A stretch of 49,804 bases of DNA from a virus (IMGVR_UViG_2579779034_000011:1-49804), one strand, 5' to 3'; counted from the stretch's first letter, positions 27,671 to 40,033 are shown. The notes: a model not told the origin generated them from the sequence alone. Numbers and translations: made by a program.

Positions 27671-27958
27671 ATGACTGAACAAGAAATGCCGAGATACCAG
27701 TGCCACAAAAAAGTTCGCGCCCTGAAGATTGGCTCTATAGAACATAAGCCAAACCCAGATCAGTCTGGTAAGACTGGCTCTTCTAGTTATGGGGCAATTA
27801 TTCATCCGGATGATAAGAAATACGCAGCATTTGATGTTAGCGCGGAATATATCTGTAAGCACCGACCAATGTCTGGAGGCTATTACGTTGTCTATGAGGA
27901 TGGATATGAATCATATTCTCCTGCTGAGGTATTTGAGTCTGGATATTCAAAATTATAG
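27671..27958 (+). CDS. hypothetical protein
   Basis: 95-aa ORF immediately after the previous one. Confidence 0.5.
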   Translation: MTEQEMPRYQCHKKVRALKIGSIEHKPNPDQSGKTGSSSYGAIIHPDDKKYAAFDVSAEYICKHRPMSGGYYVVYEDGYESYSPAEVFESGYSKL

Positions 27959-27967
27959 GAATCCTCT

Positions 27968-28147
27968 ATGACAAGCGTCGTTGATCTTGGTAAGGAGAAG
28001 AAATTCCCAATTACTCAAGAGCTATACGAGCGGCTTGAAAGCGTCATCCATGATTACGATGGTGAAATCAGTTTATGCGAGGCGATTGGCACACTCGAAT
28101 TGCTGAAGCAGTCACTGATTGAAGGCACGAAAGAGTCCTCAGCATGA
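27968..28147 (+). CDS. hypothetical small protein (59 aa)
   Basis: found by manual translation; directly precedes terS. Confidence 0.35.
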   Translation: MTSVVDLGKEKKFPITQELYERLESVIHDYDGEISLCEAIGTLELLKQSLIEGTKESSA

Positions 28148-28164
28148 AATAACAACTAAGTGAG

Positions 28165-28659
28165 ATGAATATGGCAGCACCAAAGGGCAACCGATTTTGG
28201 GAGGCCCGCAGTAGTCATGGGCGAAATCCTAAATTCGAATCGCCTGAGGCGCTGTGGGCTGCTTGTTGTGAATACTTCGAGTGGGTGGAAGCTAACCCGC
28301 TATGGGAGATGAAGGCGTTCTCGTATCAGGGTGAAGTGATACAAGAGCCTATCGCCAAGATGCGAGCGATGACCATTACCGGCCTCACTCTGTTCATTGA
28401 TGTGACGCTTGAAACATGGCGCACATATCGCCTGCGAGAAGATTTATCTGAAGTCGTTACGCGAGCAGAGCAGGTCATCTACGACCAGAAATTCTCTGGC
28501 GCAGCCGCTGACCTTCTCAACGCTAACATCATCGCCCGTGATTTGGGCCTCAAAGAGCAGTCGCAAGTTGAAGACGTGACACCTGATAAGGGAGATCGCG
28601 ATAAGCGGCGCTCTCGTATCAAGGAGCTATTCAACCGTGGAACTGGACGCGATTCTTGA
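28165..28659 (+). CDS. 3: terminase small subunit (P22 gp3-like); start may be the Met at 28171
   Basis: [48 protein letters not shown] ... matches P22 gp3. Confidence 0.9.
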   Translation: MNMAAPKGNRFWEARSSHGRNPKFESPEALWAACCEYFEWVEANPLWEMKAFSYQGEVIQEPIAKMRAMTITGLTLFIDVTLETWRTYRLREDLSEVVTRAEQVIYDQKFSGAAADLLNANIIARDLGLKEQSQVEDVTPDKGDRDKRRSRIKELFNRGTGRDS

Positions 28660-30139
28660 TAACCTGAGCGACGAAGAGCAAATCGAATTGCTCGAGCTAC
28701 TCGAAGAAGAAGAGAACTACCGGAACACACACCTGCTATATGAATTTACGCCATACAGCAAACAGCGTGAGTTCATCGACGCCGGGCATGACTATCCAGA
28801 GCGCTGTTTTATGGCTGGTAACCAGCTTGGTAAGTCATTTACTGGTGCTGCTGAAGTCGCGTTTCACCTTACCGGGCGTTATCCTGGCACAAAAGGCTAT
28901 CCTGCTGATGGTAAATATGGCGGAGAGTGGAAAGGTAAGCGTTTCTATGAGCCTGTTGTCTTCTGGATTGGCGGCGAGACAAACGAGACTGTAACCAAAA
29001 CGACTCAACGTATCCTGTGCGGTCGTATCGAAGAGAATGATGAGCCTGGCTACGGTTCCATACCGAAAGAAGACATCATTAGCTGGAAGAAGTCTCCTTT
29101 CTTTCCGAACCTTGTTGATCATCTTCTGGTTAAGCATCACACGGCTGATGGCGTTGAAGATGGCATTTCAATCTGCTACTTCAAACCATACTCGCAAGGC
29201 CGTGCTCGCTGGCAGGGTGACACAATCCACGGCGTGTGGTTTGACGAAGAGCCGCCATACAGCATTTATGGTGAAGGCCTTACCCGTACCAACAAATACG
29301 GGCAATTCTCAATTCTGACGTTTACCCCGCTGATGGGGATGTCTGACGTTGTTACCAAGTTCCTGAAGAATCCCAGCAAGTCTCAGAAAGTGGTCAACAT
29401 GACCATCTATGACGCTGAGCACTACACCGACGAGCAGAAAGAGCAAATCATCGCATCCTATCCTGAGCATGAGAGAGAGGCGCGTGCTCGCGGTATTCCT
29501 ACGATGGGTAGTGGTCGAATCTTCCAGATACCGGAAGAGACGATTAAGTGTCAGCCGTTTGAGTGCCCTGATCACTTCTACGTAATTGGCGGGATGGATT
29601 TCGGATGGGATCACCCGCAGGCGCAGGTTCAGCTTTGGTGGGATAAGGACGCAGACACAATCTACGTTTCACGCGCGTGGAAGGCGAAAGAAAAAACAGC
29701 CGTTCAGGCGTGGGGAGCTGTTAAATCATGGGCGCATAAAGTGCCAACAGCATGGCCTCATGACGGAAACCAGCACGAGAAGGGCGGCGGTGAGCAGCTC
29801 AAAGGGCAGTATGCAGATGCTGGTTTTATGATGTTGCAGGAGCATGCGACATGGCCTGATGGTGGTAACGCGGTGGAGCCTGGCATCACTGAATTGCGAG
29901 ACATGATGCTCGATGGTCGCTTCAAAGTATTCAACACCTGTGAGCCATTCTTTGAGGAGTTCCGCCTCTATCACCGTGATGAAAACGGGAAGATCGTCAA
30001 GCTTAACGACGACGTTCTCTCAGCCGTTCGCTATGCATACATGATGCGCCGCTTCGCCAAAATGATGCGCGACATCAAAAAACCAAAAGAGAAAAAGATA
30101 CCAGCCCCAATCAGGCCCATCGCACGGTCAACAAGATAG
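28637..30139 (+). CDS. 2: terminase large subunit (P22 gp2-like)
   Basis: 500 aa; N-terminal [35 protein letters not shown] and ATPase/nuclease core match P22 gp2. Confidence 0.95.
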   Translation: MELDAILDNLSDEEQIELLELLEEEENYRNTHLLYEFTPYSKQREFIDAGHDYPERCFMAGNQLGKSFTGAAEVAFHLTGRYPGTKGYPADGKYGGEWKGKRFYEPVVFWIGGETNETVTKTTQRILCGRIEENDEPGYGSIPKEDIISWKKSPFFPNLVDHLLVKHHTADGVEDGISICYFKPYSQGRARWQGDTIHGVWFDEEPPYSIYGEGLTRTNKYGQFSILTFTPLMGMSDVVTKFLKNPSKSQKVVNMTIYDAEHYTDEQKEQIIASYPEHEREARARGIPTMGSGRIFQIPEETIKCQPFECPDHFYVIGGMDFGWDHPQAQVQLWWDKDADTIYVSRAWKAKEKTAVQAWGAVKSWAHKVPTAWPHDGNQHEKGGGEQLKGQYADAGFMMLQEHATWPDGGNAVEPGITELRDMMLDGRFKVFNTCEPFFEEFRLYHRDENGKIVKLNDDVLSAVRYAYMMRRFAKMMRDIKKPKEKKIPAPIRPIARSTR

Positions 30140-30148
30140 ATACTGTTG

Positions 30149-30649
30149 TTACGGCTTGAGAAATTCAGAGGCAGCGGAATTCAGAGCGTTAATAAATGCT
30201 ACCTTATGCTTGTATGCATCTAATGCTGTAGCGAATCCGCTTTTTGTGTATTTCTTGCCTTCAACCACAAATTGCCACATGTAGTTATTTGTGTCCTTGC
30301 GATAGGAAACTCCTTTGTATCCAGTTGAATTGTCGCAATCCATGCCACGGTTTAGTCCGTTCAACTGCTTATTGGTATCTCTAAGATTACAGATGCGGTT
30401 ATCAGCACGGTTTCCGTTTATGTGATCTACTGCTTCGGGCCAGTAACCATAGTAGTGCGCAAAACAAATTCTGTGCACGTAGTACAGTTTTTTACCAAGC
30501 CTTACATCAAGGTATCCGTTTCCATGCTGGCACCCAACGGGCTTGCCGTTAAGGTCTGTCCTCCTTGTGCGATTAGCCGCGTACAAAATTCCGGTTTCAG
30601 CATCGTATGTGAAATTTTTCCTTATATCTTCTATAGATGGATGGCTCAC
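30149..30649 (-). CDS. HNH homing endonuclease with AP2-like domain (paralogue of 23658..24149)
   Basis: VDHINGNRADNRICNLR HNH motif; GYKGVSYRKDTNNYMWQF AP2-like; antisense between terL and portal. Confidence 0.8.
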   Translation of the reverse strand: MSHPSIEDIRKNFTYDAETGILYAANRTRRTDLNGKPVGCQHGNGYLDVRLGKKLYYVHRICFAHYYGYWPEAVDHINGNRADNRICNLRDTNKQLNGLNRGMDCDNSTGYKGVSYRKDTNNYMWQFVVEGKKYTKSGFATALDAYKHKVAFINALNSAASEFLKP

Positions 30650-30699
30650 AATAGAATCTCCTGTTGAAGTTGTCCCATTGATTTTATCACGGTAAAGTT

Positions 30700-32868
30700 A
30701 TGACTGACAACGCAGAGCGATTAAATAAGATACTGCAAGCATTCGATGTTGATTGGATGTCTTCCGACGAGGCGAGAACAGAAGCCTCTAACGATTTATA
30801 CTTCAGTCGCATAAGCCAATGGGATGACTGGCTATCAAACTACACCACCCTGCAATATCGCGGACAATTCGATGTTGTTCGCCCGGTGGTCAGGAAGCTG
30901 GTCGCAGAGATGCGCCGGAACCCTATCGACGTTCTCTTCCGACCCAAAGACGGCGCTAATCCTGATGCAGCCGATGTGTTGATGGGGATGTATCGTACTG
31001 ATATGCGGCATAACACGGCAAAAATTGCCGTTAACGTTGGCGTTCGTGAGCAGATAGAGTCCGGCGTTGGTGCATGGCGTCTGGTCACGCAGTACGAAGA
31101 CAACGATCCAACAAGCAACAATCAGGTAATTCGACGCCTGCCAATTCATGAAGCCTGCTCACACGTCATATGGGACGCCAACAGCAAGCAGATGGATAAG
31201 AGCGACGCTAAGCACTGCACGGTGATTAACGCCTTGTCGCGCAATGGCTGGAAAGAGTTCGCAGAGGATTACGGTATTGATCCGGACACCTTGCCATCTT
31301 TCCAGAATCCGAACGATACATGGCTGTTTCCGTGGGTATCGAATGATGTCGTCTACGTCGCTGAGTATTACGAGGTCGAAGAGAAGAAAGAGAAAGTCTT
31401 CATCTACCGCGACCCGCTGACAGGTGAGCCGGTCAGCTATTACCAGCAGGATATCAAAGACGTCATCGACGACCTGGCTAATCGTGGATTCATTAAGGTA
31501 GCAGAGCGTAAGGTCAAGCGTCGGCGTGTGTATAAGTCGATCATCACCTGCACGCAGATACTGAAAGACCGCGAGAAGATAGCTGGAGAGCATATCCCAA
31601 TCGTTCCTGTGTACGGCGAATGGTCATTCGCTGGTGACAAGGAGTGCTACGAGGGCGTGGTAAGGCTGACGAAAGACGGTCAACGCCTTCGTAACATGAT
31701 CATGTCGTTCAACGCCGATATTGTTGCTCGTTCACCGAAGAAGAAACCTACCTTCTTCCCTGAGCAAATCGAAGGCTACGAATACATGTACGGTGGAAAT
31801 GATGACTATCCGTACTATCTGCAGAACAGGACCGATGAAAACGGTAACGACCTGCCGATTGGTCCAATCTCCTACATGGAAAACCCTGAAGTGCCGCAAG
31901 CCAACGCTTATATGCTTGAGGCTGCCACCAACGCAGTGAAAGAGGTGGCTAGTCTTGGTGTGGATGCGCAGGCAGCAAACTCTCAGGTCGCTTTCGATAC
32001 CGTCAATCAACTGAACATGCGGGCAGACCTTGAGACATACGTGTTTCAGGATAACCTGGCTACCGCAATGCGACGTGATGGCGAGATTTATGCCTCAATG
32101 GTCAACGATATTTATGACGTTCCTCGTCATGTAACGCTGACACTTGAAGATGGAAGCGAGAAAGACGTTCAACTCTATGCGCAAGTTGTCGATTACCAGT
32201 CCGGCAATGTGGTCACACTCAACGACATTCGCGGTCGCTATGAGTGCTATACAGACGTCGGACCATCCTTCCAGAGTATGAAGGAACAGAACCGCGCAGA
32301 GATTCAGGAGTTGCTAACCAAGGTTCCGCAAGGTACTCCAGAGTTCCAGATGCTGATGCTGCAATACTTCACGTTGCTTGACGGTAAAGGCGTCGAGATG
32401 ATGCGAGAGTACGCGAACAAGCAACTGGTGATGATGGGGCTGAAGAAACCAGAAACACCTGAAGAGATGGAGATGGTGCAGCAGGCACAACAACAGCCGC
32501 AGCAGCCATCAGCAGAGCAAATTCAGGCGCAGGGTATCCTTCTGCAAGGTCAGGCTGAATTGCTCAAGGCAGAGAACCAACAGGCGCAGATTCAGGTTGA
32601 AGCCGCCAAGGTTGAAGCCCAAAACCAACTCAACGCCGCGAAGATTGCGGAAATCTTCAACAATATGGACCTCGACAAGCAGGCAGAACTGCGTGAGTAC
32701 CTCAAGCTCGTAGGTCAATTCCAGCAACAGCGCAGCAAAGATGCTCGTGCTAACGCTGAGCTGCTTCTTAAAGATGCAGACCAGACTCATTCACAACGCA
32801 TGGATTTCGCGAATCTTATGCGTCAAGTTCAAATCCCCTCCGGCGGAGTAGCCGAGACACCTCAATAA
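30700..32868 (+). CDS. 1: portal protein (P22 gp1-like)
   Basis: 722 aa; extensive match to P22 gp1 including the C-terminal coiled-coil region. Confidence 0.95.
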   Translation: MTDNAERLNKILQAFDVDWMSSDEARTEASNDLYFSRISQWDDWLSNYTTLQYRGQFDVVRPVVRKLVAEMRRNPIDVLFRPKDGANPDAADVLMGMYRTDMRHNTAKIAVNVGVREQIESGVGAWRLVTQYEDNDPTSNNQVIRRLPIHEACSHVIWDANSKQMDKSDAKHCTVINALSRNGWKEFAEDYGIDPDTLPSFQNPNDTWLFPWVSNDVVYVAEYYEVEEKKEKVFIYRDPLTGEPVSYYQQDIKDVIDDLANRGFIKVAERKVKRRRVYKSIITCTQILKDREKIAGEHIPIVPVYGEWSFAGDKECYEGVVRLTKDGQRLRNMIMSFNADIVARSPKKKPTFFPEQIEGYEYMYGGNDDYPYYLQNRTDENGNDLPIGPISYMENPEVPQANAYMLEAATNAVKEVASLGVDAQAANSQVAFDTVNQLNMRADLETYVFQDNLATAMRRDGEIYASMVNDIYDVPRHVTLTLEDGSEKDVQLYAQVVDYQSGNVVTLNDIRGRYECYTDVGPSFQSMKEQNRAEIQELLTKVPQGTPEFQMLMLQYFTLLDGKGVEMMREYANKQLVMMGLKKPETPEEMEMVQQAQQQPQQPSAEQIQAQGILLQGQAELLKAENQQAQIQVEAAKVEAQNQLNAAKIAEIFNNMDLDKQAELREYLKLVGQFQQQRSKDARANAELLLKDADQTHSQRMDFANLMRQVQIPSGGVAETPQ

Positions 32869-32881
32869 GAGAGAGTTAATC

Positions 32882-33793
32882 ATGGAACAAACCACCGACA
32901 TTCAGGCTTCTGAAGAATTAACCCTGCCCGGCAATCATGCAGCGGCATCTACTGATGGCTTAGTTGTCGATAATGCCAACGACAACGCAGGTCAGGAAGA
33001 AGGCTTCGAGATTGTCCTGAAAGACGATGAGAAACCAAAACAAGACCCGGCAACTAATGCTGAATTTGCCCGTCGCCGCATCGAACGCAAACGCCAGCGT
33101 GAGCTTGAGCAGCAGATGGAAGCGGTTAAGCGTGGAGAGTTGCCGGAGCACCTGCGGGTGAACCCTGAGTTACCAAAACAACCAGACCCTAACGATTATC
33201 TTTCCGAAGATGCACTGGCTAAGTACGACTATGACCAGAGCCGCGCACTGGCTGCCTTCCAGCAGGCAAACAGTGAATGGCAGATCAAGGCTATGGACGC
33301 ACGAAGCCAGGCTGTCGCCGAGCAGGGTCGCAAAACTCAGGAGTTCACCCAGCAATCAGCGCAATACGTCGAGGCAGCCCGTAAGCACTACGACGCAGCG
33401 GAAAAGCTCAATATCCCTGACTATCAGGAGAAAGAGGACGCATTCATGCAACTGGTGCCGCCAGCAGTCGGCGCCGACATCATGCGCCTCTTCCCGGAGA
33501 AATCCGCTGCACTCATGTATCACCTTGGTGCTAATCCTGAGAAAACACGCCAGTTGCTGGCGATGGACGGGCAATCCGCGCTGATTGAACTCACTCGACT
33601 GTCAGAACGTTTAACTCTCAAGCCTCGAGCCAAACCTGTTTCAGAAGCCCCGTTACCTGATGAACCCATTCAGGGACACGCTGTTGCTGCAAATATCTCT
33701 GCGATTGAAAAGCAGATGGAAGCGGCAGCAAACAAAGGGGATGTAGAGACGTACCGTAAGCTCAAGGCGCAACTGAATAAAGGAATTCGATAA
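32882..33793 (+). CDS. 8: scaffolding protein (P22 gp8-like)
   Basis: 303 aa; matches P22 gp8 ([21 protein letters not shown] ... [11 protein letters not shown]). Confidence 0.9.
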   Translation: MEQTTDIQASEELTLPGNHAAASTDGLVVDNANDNAGQEEGFEIVLKDDEKPKQDPATNAEFARRRIERKRQRELEQQMEAVKRGELPEHLRVNPELPKQPDPNDYLSEDALAKYDYDQSRALAAFQQANSEWQIKAMDARSQAVAEQGRKTQEFTQQSAQYVEAARKHYDAAEKLNIPDYQEKEDAFMQLVPPAVGADIMRLFPEKSAALMYHLGANPEKTRQLLAMDGQSALIELTRLSERLTLKPRAKPVSEAPLPDEPIQGHAVAANISAIEKQMEAAANKGDVETYRKLKAQLNKGIR

Positions 33794-35088
33794 TGGCATT
33801 AAATGAAGGTCAACTGGTCACGTATGCTCTGGATGAAATCATCGAAACCGTCCAGAACCTGACGCCAATGGCGTCCAAAGTGACAAAATACACCCCTCCG
33901 GCAGAATCCATGCAACGTTCAAGCAACACCGTGTGGATGCCTGTTGAGCAGGAAGCGCCAACTCAGACTGGCTGGGATTTAACTGGCAACGCAACCGGGA
34001 TTCTGGAACTCTCCGTAAAATGCAACATGGGCGATCCGGATAACGATTTCTTCGAGCTTCGTGCAGATGACCTGCGTGATGAGCGTTCTTACCGTCGCCG
34101 CATCCAGGCATCCGCCAAAAAACTGGCGAATAACATTGAGTCAGCAATTGCCAAACAGGCAACCGAAATGGGCTCACTTGTTGTTCACGATACCCGCGCA
34201 ATTGGTCCATCTACTGGCCTGTCTGGCTGGGATTTTGTGTCTGATGCAGAGCGCCTGATGTTCTCCCGTGAGCTAAACCGCGATATGGGCATCAGTTACT
34301 TCCTGAACCCTGACGATTACCGCAAAGCAGGCCGCAACCTGGTAGATGGTGACATCTTTGGGCGCGTTCCTGAAGACGCGTATCGCAACGGTACTATTCA
34401 GCGTCAGATTGCTGGCTTTGATGAAATTCTTCGCTCACCGAAACTTCCGGCAGTTACCAAGTCAACCGCTACTGGTGTAACTGTTTTTGGTGCGCAGAAG
34501 TTTAAGCCGCAGGCATACACCCTTGATACCGATGGTAACAAAGAGAACGTCGATAACCGTGTTGCAACGGTGACCGTATCCTCCACCACCGGATTTAAGC
34601 GCGGCGACAAAATCAGCTTCACTGGTGTGAAATTCCTGTCTCAGATGGCGAAGAACGTGCTGACTGATGATGCGACTTTCTCAATCACCCGTGTGATCGA
34701 TGGTACTCACATCGAAATCACGCCGAAGCCGATTGCGCTGGATGACGCGTCACTGACAAAAGAAGAGAAGGCTTACGCTAACGTAAACACCTCTCTTGCT
34801 GATAACACTCCGGTAAACGTTCTGAACGTGGCAACAACCACCGCTAACGTGTTCTGGGCTGATGACTCAATCCGCCTGCTGTCTCAGCCGATCCCGGTAA
34901 CCCATGAACTGTTTGCTGGTATGAAAACGTCTTCCTTCAGCATTCCTGGTATTGGTGTTAACGGCATCTTCGCAACGCAGGGTGATATCAACACTCTGTC
35001 TGGTAAGTGCCGTATTGCTGTGTGGTATTCAGCATGTGCTGTACGACCAGAGGCAATTGGTGTTGGTCTGCCTAACCAGACCGCGTGA
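33793..35088 (+). CDS. 5: coat protein (P22 gp5-like)
   Basis: 431 aa; MALNEGQ start; matches P22 gp5. Confidence 0.95.
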   Translation: MALNEGQLVTYALDEIIETVQNLTPMASKVTKYTPPAESMQRSSNTVWMPVEQEAPTQTGWDLTGNATGILELSVKCNMGDPDNDFFELRADDLRDERSYRRRIQASAKKLANNIESAIAKQATEMGSLVVHDTRAIGPSTGLSGWDFVSDAERLMFSRELNRDMGISYFLNPDDYRKAGRNLVDGDIFGRVPEDAYRNGTIQRQIAGFDEILRSPKLPAVTKSTATGVTVFGAQKFKPQAYTLDTDGNKENVDNRVATVTVSSTTGFKRGDKISFTGVKFLSQMAKNVLTDDATFSITRVIDGTHIEITPKPIALDDASLTKEEKAYANVNTSLADNTPVNVLNVATTTANVFWADDSIRLLSQPIPVTHELFAGMKTSSFSIPGIGVNGIFATQGDINTLSGKCRIAVWYSACAVRPEAIGVGLPNQTA

Positions 35089-35131
35089 TAACCAGAGGGA
35101 GCTTAGGCTCCCTTTTCTATTGGAGATACCA

Positions 35132-35725
35132 ATGAGCGTAATGATTTTTCAGGCTGGCGGAGATACCAAAATATGGGGACGCAAGCTGAAAACGAAAACC
35201 GTTGATCCTGATGATGTAGCTGTGCACTTAGCAAATGGCTGGTATAAGCACCCTGACGATGTTCCTGATGATCATCTTGTTGGTGATCAAATTGGGAGTG
35301 TTGGCGGAGGTGAAACTTCCCCAGTTGATATGGGCGAAGTGTCCGACGGTTATCACACTTTTAACGAGCTTTACGCTCACCGAGTGCGCCTCTTCTCATC
35401 GCTGATGCATGCTTACGCTGAGCTTTCGTGGTGGTCTCGCAAACACAGTGACGGTGAAGAGTGGGATGGCTGGATTATTGCTGGTATCACCACTCCAGAA
35501 GGCGAAATCACTTATCACCTACCTGTTGAAGAAATCGAGTTCCTTCCTGAAGGTACTGAGCTTGAGTTCGGGAAAGAGTGGGATGGTCATGAAGCAAATG
35601 ATGTTCTTGGACGACTCCTGAGTTTGCGTCCGGCCATTGCAGAGCCACAGCCAGAAGAAAAACAGCGTAAAAAGCCTGGTCGAAAACCTAAGGCGGCAGC
35701 AGATGAACCTGACAACGAAGGGTGA
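35132..35725 (+). CDS. hypothetical protein between coat and gp4
   Basis: 197 aa; GGAG RBS; acidic; 3' end overlaps the gp4 start by 23 nt. Confidence 0.55.
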   Translation: MSVMIFQAGGDTKIWGRKLKTKTVDPDDVAVHLANGWYKHPDDVPDDHLVGDQIGSVGGGETSPVDMGEVSDGYHTFNELYAHRVRLFSSLMHAYAELSWWSRKHSDGEEWDGWIIAGITTPEGEITYHLPVEEIEFLPEGTELEFGKEWDGHEANDVLGRLLSLRPAIAEPQPEEKQRKKPGRKPKAAADEPDNEG

Positions 35726-36203
35726 TTTAGTTCTTGCGGCATTACGTAAGCTCGGTGTGGCATCAAATGCCACGTTAACCGATGTCGAACCGCAGTCTAT
35801 GGAAGACGGCGTCAACGACCTTGAAATGATGATGGCTGAATGGCTTGGCGGTGATGCGTCACCTGGTATCAACGTTGGCTACATTTTTGCTGATGCAGAT
35901 GTTGCTCCGGATCCGGGCGATGAGCACGGTTTATCAAATAACGCTATCAATGCTGTCATTTTCAACCTTGCCTGCCGCATTGCTCCGGATTATGCGCTGG
36001 AAGCACCTGCAAAACTTATAACTACTGCCAGATACGGGAAAGAGCGACTCGTCAAACTGTCTGCAATGGACAGAGCAAAAGCCGCCAAATGTAAGTCCGG
36101 TTATCCAAACCGTATGCCTGTTGGTAGCGGTAATCAGTTGGCGAAGTGGAACGGTTGGAATTACTTCCACCGGAAGGAACCTTGCGATAACGGGAGCGAA
36201 TAA
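35703..36203 (+). CDS. 4: head-tail adaptor (P22 gp4-like)
   Basis: 166 aa from [10 protein letters not shown]; matches P22 gp4 ([16 protein letters not shown] ... [13 protein letters not shown]). Confidence 0.9.
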   Translation: MNLTTKGDLVLAALRKLGVASNATLTDVEPQSMEDGVNDLEMMMAEWLGGDASPGINVGYIFADADVAPDPGDEHGLSNNAINAVIFNLACRIAPDYALEAPAKLITTARYGKERLVKLSAMDRAKAAKCKSGYPNRMPVGSGNQLAKWNGWNYFHRKEPCDNGSE

Positions 36204-37622
36204 ATGCCGATTCAGCAACTTCCGCTTATGAAAGGTGTCGGCAAAGACTTTCGAAACGCCGACTATATCGACTATCTGCCAGTGAATATGTTGGCAACCC
36301 CCAAAGAAATCCTGAACAGCAGCGGATATCTTCGCTCATTCCCGGGCATTGCCAAACGCTCTGATGTGAACGGTGTATCGCGCGGCGTCGAGTACAACAT
36401 GGCGCAGAATGCTGTCTATCGTGTGTGTGGCGGCAAGCTGTACAAAGGCGAAAGTGAAGTCGGTGATGTTGCCGGAAGTGGTCGTGTATCAATGGCTCAT
36501 GGTCGGACATCACAGGCGGTGGGCGTTAATGGTCAACTGGTAGAGTATCGTTATGATGGCACGGTTAAAACCGTCTCAAACTGGCCTACAGACAGCGGAT
36601 TCACTCAGTATGAGTTAGGTTCTGTTCGTGACATTACGCGCTTACGCGGGCGTTATGCGTGGTCAAAAGACGGCACTGATTCATGGTTTATCACTGACCT
36701 TGAAGACGAATCGCATCCTGACCGCTACAGTGCACAATATCGTGCCGAGTCTCAGCCGGACGGCATCATCGGCATCGGAACATGGCGAGACTTCATCGTC
36801 TGCTTTGGTTCATCGACGATTGAATATTTCTCCCTGACTGGCGCAACCACCGTTGGTGCCGCTTTGTATGTTGCACAACCATCGCTGATGGTGCAGAAAG
36901 GCATTGCCGGGACTTACTGCAAAACGCCGTTTGCTGATTCCTATGCGTTCATCAGCAACCCGGCAACGGGTGCGCCGTCTGTGTACATCATCGGCTCCGG
37001 TCAGGTGTCACCAATCGCCAGCGCGAGCATTGAGAAAATCCTCCGCTCCTACACTGCTGATGAACTGGCTGATGGCGTGATGGAATCGTTGCGATTTGAT
37101 GCGCATGAGTTGCTGATTATCCACCTTCCGCGCCATGTTCTCGTGTACGACGCATCTTCAAGCGCCAATGGTCCGCAATGGTGTGTGTTGAAAACTGGCT
37201 TGTATGACGATGTGTACCGCGCTATCGACTTCATTTACGAAGGAAATCAGATAACGTGCGGCGATAAGCTGGAGTCCGTGACCGGGAAATTGCAATTCGA
37301 CATCAGCAGTCAGTACGACAAGCAACAGGAACATATTTTATATTCTCCTTTAATAAAGGCAGATAACGCTTTAATAAATGACCTTGAATTAGAAACATCG
37401 GGCGGCGTGTGTGATAGAATAGATAAAATATTTATATCAGCCACTACAGATGGAATTAGTTACGGTCGTGAGCAAATGGTCGTATTACAAAAACCATTTG
37501 TATATGACAATCGCGTTTTATGGCGAAAAGTTGGTCGAGTTAGACGCCTCATTGGATTTAAATTCAGAGTTATTGCAAAAGGTCCTGTTACATTATCAGG
37601 CCTTTCTATTCGTGTAACATAA
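36204..37622 (+). CDS. 10: tail hub/head completion protein (P22 gp10-like)
   Basis: 472 aa, same length and position as P22 gp10. Confidence 0.85.
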   Translation: MPIQQLPLMKGVGKDFRNADYIDYLPVNMLATPKEILNSSGYLRSFPGIAKRSDVNGVSRGVEYNMAQNAVYRVCGGKLYKGESEVGDVAGSGRVSMAHGRTSQAVGVNGQLVEYRYDGTVKTVSNWPTDSGFTQYELGSVRDITRLRGRYAWSKDGTDSWFITDLEDESHPDRYSAQYRAESQPDGIIGIGTWRDFIVCFGSSTIEYFSLTGATTVGAALYVAQPSLMVQKGIAGTYCKTPFADSYAFISNPATGAPSVYIIGSGQVSPIASASIEKILRSYTADELADGVMESLRFDAHELLIIHLPRHVLVYDASSSANGPQWCVLKTGLYDDVYRAIDFIYEGNQITCGDKLESVTGKLQFDISSQYDKQQEHILYSPLIKADNALINDLELETSGGVCDRIDKIFISATTDGISYGREQMVVLQKPFVYDNRVLWRKVGRVRRLIGFKFRVIAKGPVTLSGLSIRVT

Positions 37623-37643
37623 ATCGAAACTAAAGGAGTAGAT

Positions 37644-38189
37644 ATGTTGAGTGAAAACGCAAAAGATATTCCTGGATATGAAGGTTTATATGCCGTAACA
37701 GAGGATGGGCGAGTATATTCTCACTCACGTGTTGTTAAAGCTGCGCATGGCAGCACGCAACTCAGAAAGGGGCGGTGGCTAAAACAACACGAGAATAATA
37801 AAGGTTATCTATATTTGCCACTTAGTGTTGATGGAGTTAAAGTAAAATGGCTTGTGCATAGGCTTGTCGCTCTTGCTTTCGTCCCCAATCCAGAAGGCAA
37901 GCCGTTCATAAATCACATAGATAACAACCGAAAAAATAATAATGCTTCTAATTTAGAGTGGTGTACTCAAAAGGAGAATATGAAGCATTGCTCATCTCAA
38001 GGCAGGGTGAAGTTTCCGGCTTTAAAAGGAGAAAATAATCCAATTTCAAAGCTATCATATGAGCAAGTAATAGAAATAAAGAAATCAAAGGGAGTTAATC
38101 AAAGAGAGCTTGCTAAAAAATACTGTGTCAGTCAGACGGTGATTCACAATATCCAGTCTGGTAAATCGTGGAGGCATGTTAATGGCTGA
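37644..38189 (+). CDS. HNH homing endonuclease (NUMOD4 + HNH + C-terminal HTH)
   Basis: [23 protein letters not shown]4-like; [19 protein letters not shown] motif; AT-rich; overlaps the gp26 start. Confidence 0.8.
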   Translation: MLSENAKDIPGYEGLYAVTEDGRVYSHSRVVKAAHGSTQLRKGRWLKQHENNKGYLYLPLSVDGVKVKWLVHRLVALAFVPNPEGKPFINHIDNNRKNNNASNLEWCTQKENMKHCSSQGRVKFPALKGENNPISKLSYEQVIEIKKSKGVNQRELAKKYCVSQTVIHNIQSGKSWRHVNG

Positions 38190-38883
38190 TTCGAATCTCA
38201 ATGTGCCGGTAATCATCCAGGCTACACGACTCGATACATCAATCCTTCCACGCAATATATTCAGCCAGTCTTACCTGCTGTATGTCATTAATCAGGGGGC
38301 TGATGTCGGCGCAATTGCCGGGAAGGCAAATCAGGCTGGTCAGGGCGCTTACGATGCCCAGGTAAAAAACGATGAACAGGATGTCGAACTGGCTGATCAC
38401 GACGCAAGAATCACCGCAAACACAAAAGCGATAAATCTCCTTGAGGTCAGGTTAACAACTGCCGAAGGGAAGATAGTCGTACTGCGTAGCGATGTTGATT
38501 ACTTGCTGGATGAGGTTATCGATATTCAGGCGCATCTGGTCACTGTTGACCAAAGGCTGGATGACGTAGAAAGCGATGTATCTGACATTAAGAGTGATTA
38601 CGTATCGAAAACCGTAACCGAATCGCAGTCTCTTGCGTCACCGCTGGATGTAAAAACATCATATTCAGTTGATGGAATTCAGGTTGTTGGAGCAAGAAAT
38701 ACCGGATGGACTGCAGCCACAGGTACGCCACTTCTTGGCTCATTCAACGCTAACCAGTCATACACTGTCGGCACTACGTACACGCAATCCGAAGTCGCAG
38801 CTCTCGCTACAGGTTTGCAGCAGGCGCGGCAGCGTATTCTGGCGCTTGAAACGGCACTTAGATTACATGGGCTGATTGACTGA
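38182..38883 (+). CDS. 26: tail needle (P22 gp26-like)
   Basis: [25 protein letters not shown] ... C-terminal [27 protein letters not shown]. Confidence 0.9.
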   Translation: MADSNLNVPVIIQATRLDTSILPRNIFSQSYLLYVINQGADVGAIAGKANQAGQGAYDAQVKNDEQDVELADHDARITANTKAINLLEVRLTTAEGKIVVLRSDVDYLLDEVIDIQAHLVTVDQRLDDVESDVSDIKSDYVSKTVTESQSLASPLDVKTSYSVDGIQVVGARNTGWTAATGTPLLGSFNANQSYTVGTTYTQSEVAALATGLQQARQRILALETALRLHGLID

Positions 38884-39338
38884 TGATTACATTCAAACCA
38901 ACGCGAAACATCGACCTGATCGAAGCAGTAGGAAATCACCCTGACATCATCGCCGGGAGCAACAACGGTGATGGATACGACTACAAACCTGATTGCCGTT
39001 ACTTTGAGGTGAACGTGCACGGTCAGTTTGGCGGCATTGTTTACTATCAGGAGATTCAGCCGCTGACATTCGATTGCCACGCCATGTACCTGCCAGAGGT
39101 TCGTGGATTCAGCAAGGAAATCGGGCTGGCGTTCTGGCGATACATTCTGACTAACACCACCGTTCAGTGCGTCACATCGTTCGCTGCACGCAAATTCCGC
39201 CACGGTCAGATGTATTGCGCAATGATTGGCCTTAATCGTGTAGGAACCATCAAGAAATACTTCAAAGGCGTGGATGACGTGACGTTTTACAGCGCCACAC
39301 GCGAAGAACTAATCGACTTCCTGAATCACGGGAGATAG
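38883..39338 (+). CDS. 14: head assembly protein (P22 gp14-like)
   Basis: 151 aa; position and size as P22 gene 14. Confidence 0.75.
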   Translation: MITFKPTRNIDLIEAVGNHPDIIAGSNNGDGYDYKPDCRYFEVNVHGQFGGIVYYQEIQPLTFDCHAMYLPEVRGFSKEIGLAFWRYILTNTTVQCVTSFAARKFRHGQMYCAMIGLNRVGTIKKYFKGVDDVTFYSATREELIDFLNHGR

Positions 39339-39340
39339 CC

Positions 39341-40033
39341 ATGTTATATGCATTTAAGCTGGGCAGAAAACTGCGCGGCGAGGAACCTTATTGCCCTGAA
39401 AAAGGCGGGAAAGGTGGCTCCGATAAAAGCGCAAAGTATGCAGCAGAAGCCCAGAAGTATGCCGCAGACCTGCAAAATCAGCAGTTCAACACCATCATGA
39501 ACAACCTGAAGCCGTTTACTCCTCTGGCTGGGAAGTATGTCGGCAGCCTTGAGAACTTATCGTCTCTGGAGGGGCAAGGTCAGGCACTTAACCAGTATTA
39601 CAACTCTCAGCAGTACAAAGACCTTGCAAGTCAGGCTCGTTATCAGAGTCTGGCGGCAGCGGAAGCAACAGGTGGATTGGGTTCCACCGCAACCAGTAAT
39701 CAGTTAGCAACAATCGCACCAACTCTTGGCCAGCAATGGCTATCTGGACAAATGAACAACTACCAGAATCTGGCAAATATTGGTCTTGGCGCTCTTCAGG
39801 GACAGGCAAACGCCGGGCAAACATATGCCAACAACATGAGCCAGATTTCACAGCAAAGCGCGGCACTGGCGGCGGCAAACGCTAATAGACCTTCCGGCCT
39901 TCAATCTGCAATAGGCGGGGCTGCCTCTGGAGCAATTGCTGGAGCACAGCTTGGCAGCATTGTACCTGGTATTGGTACTGGTATTGGTGCCGCTGTTGGC
40001 GGCGGTCTTGGTCTGCTTGGTTCACTGTTTTAA
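39341..40033 (+). CDS. 7: ejection protein (P22 gp7-like)
   Basis: 230 aa; Gln/Ala/Gly-rich; conserved position. Confidence 0.75.
   Translation: MLYAFKLGRKLRGEEPYCPEKGGKGGSDKSAKYAAEAQKYAADLQNQQFNTIMNNLKPFTPLAGKYVGSLENLSSLEGQGQALNQYYNSQQYKDLASQARYQSLAAAEATGGLGSTATSNQLATIAPTLGQQWLSGQMNNYQNLANIGLGALQGQANAGQTYANNMSQISQQSAALAAANANRPSGLQSAIGGAASGAIAGAQLGSIVPGIGTGIGAAVGGGLGLLGSLF

Noticed and set aside
34952-35131. N-terminal extension of the 35132..35725 ORF into the coat gene
   Set aside because: It overlaps the 3' end of the coat gene in another frame and has no RBS; the RBS-supported start is at 35132.
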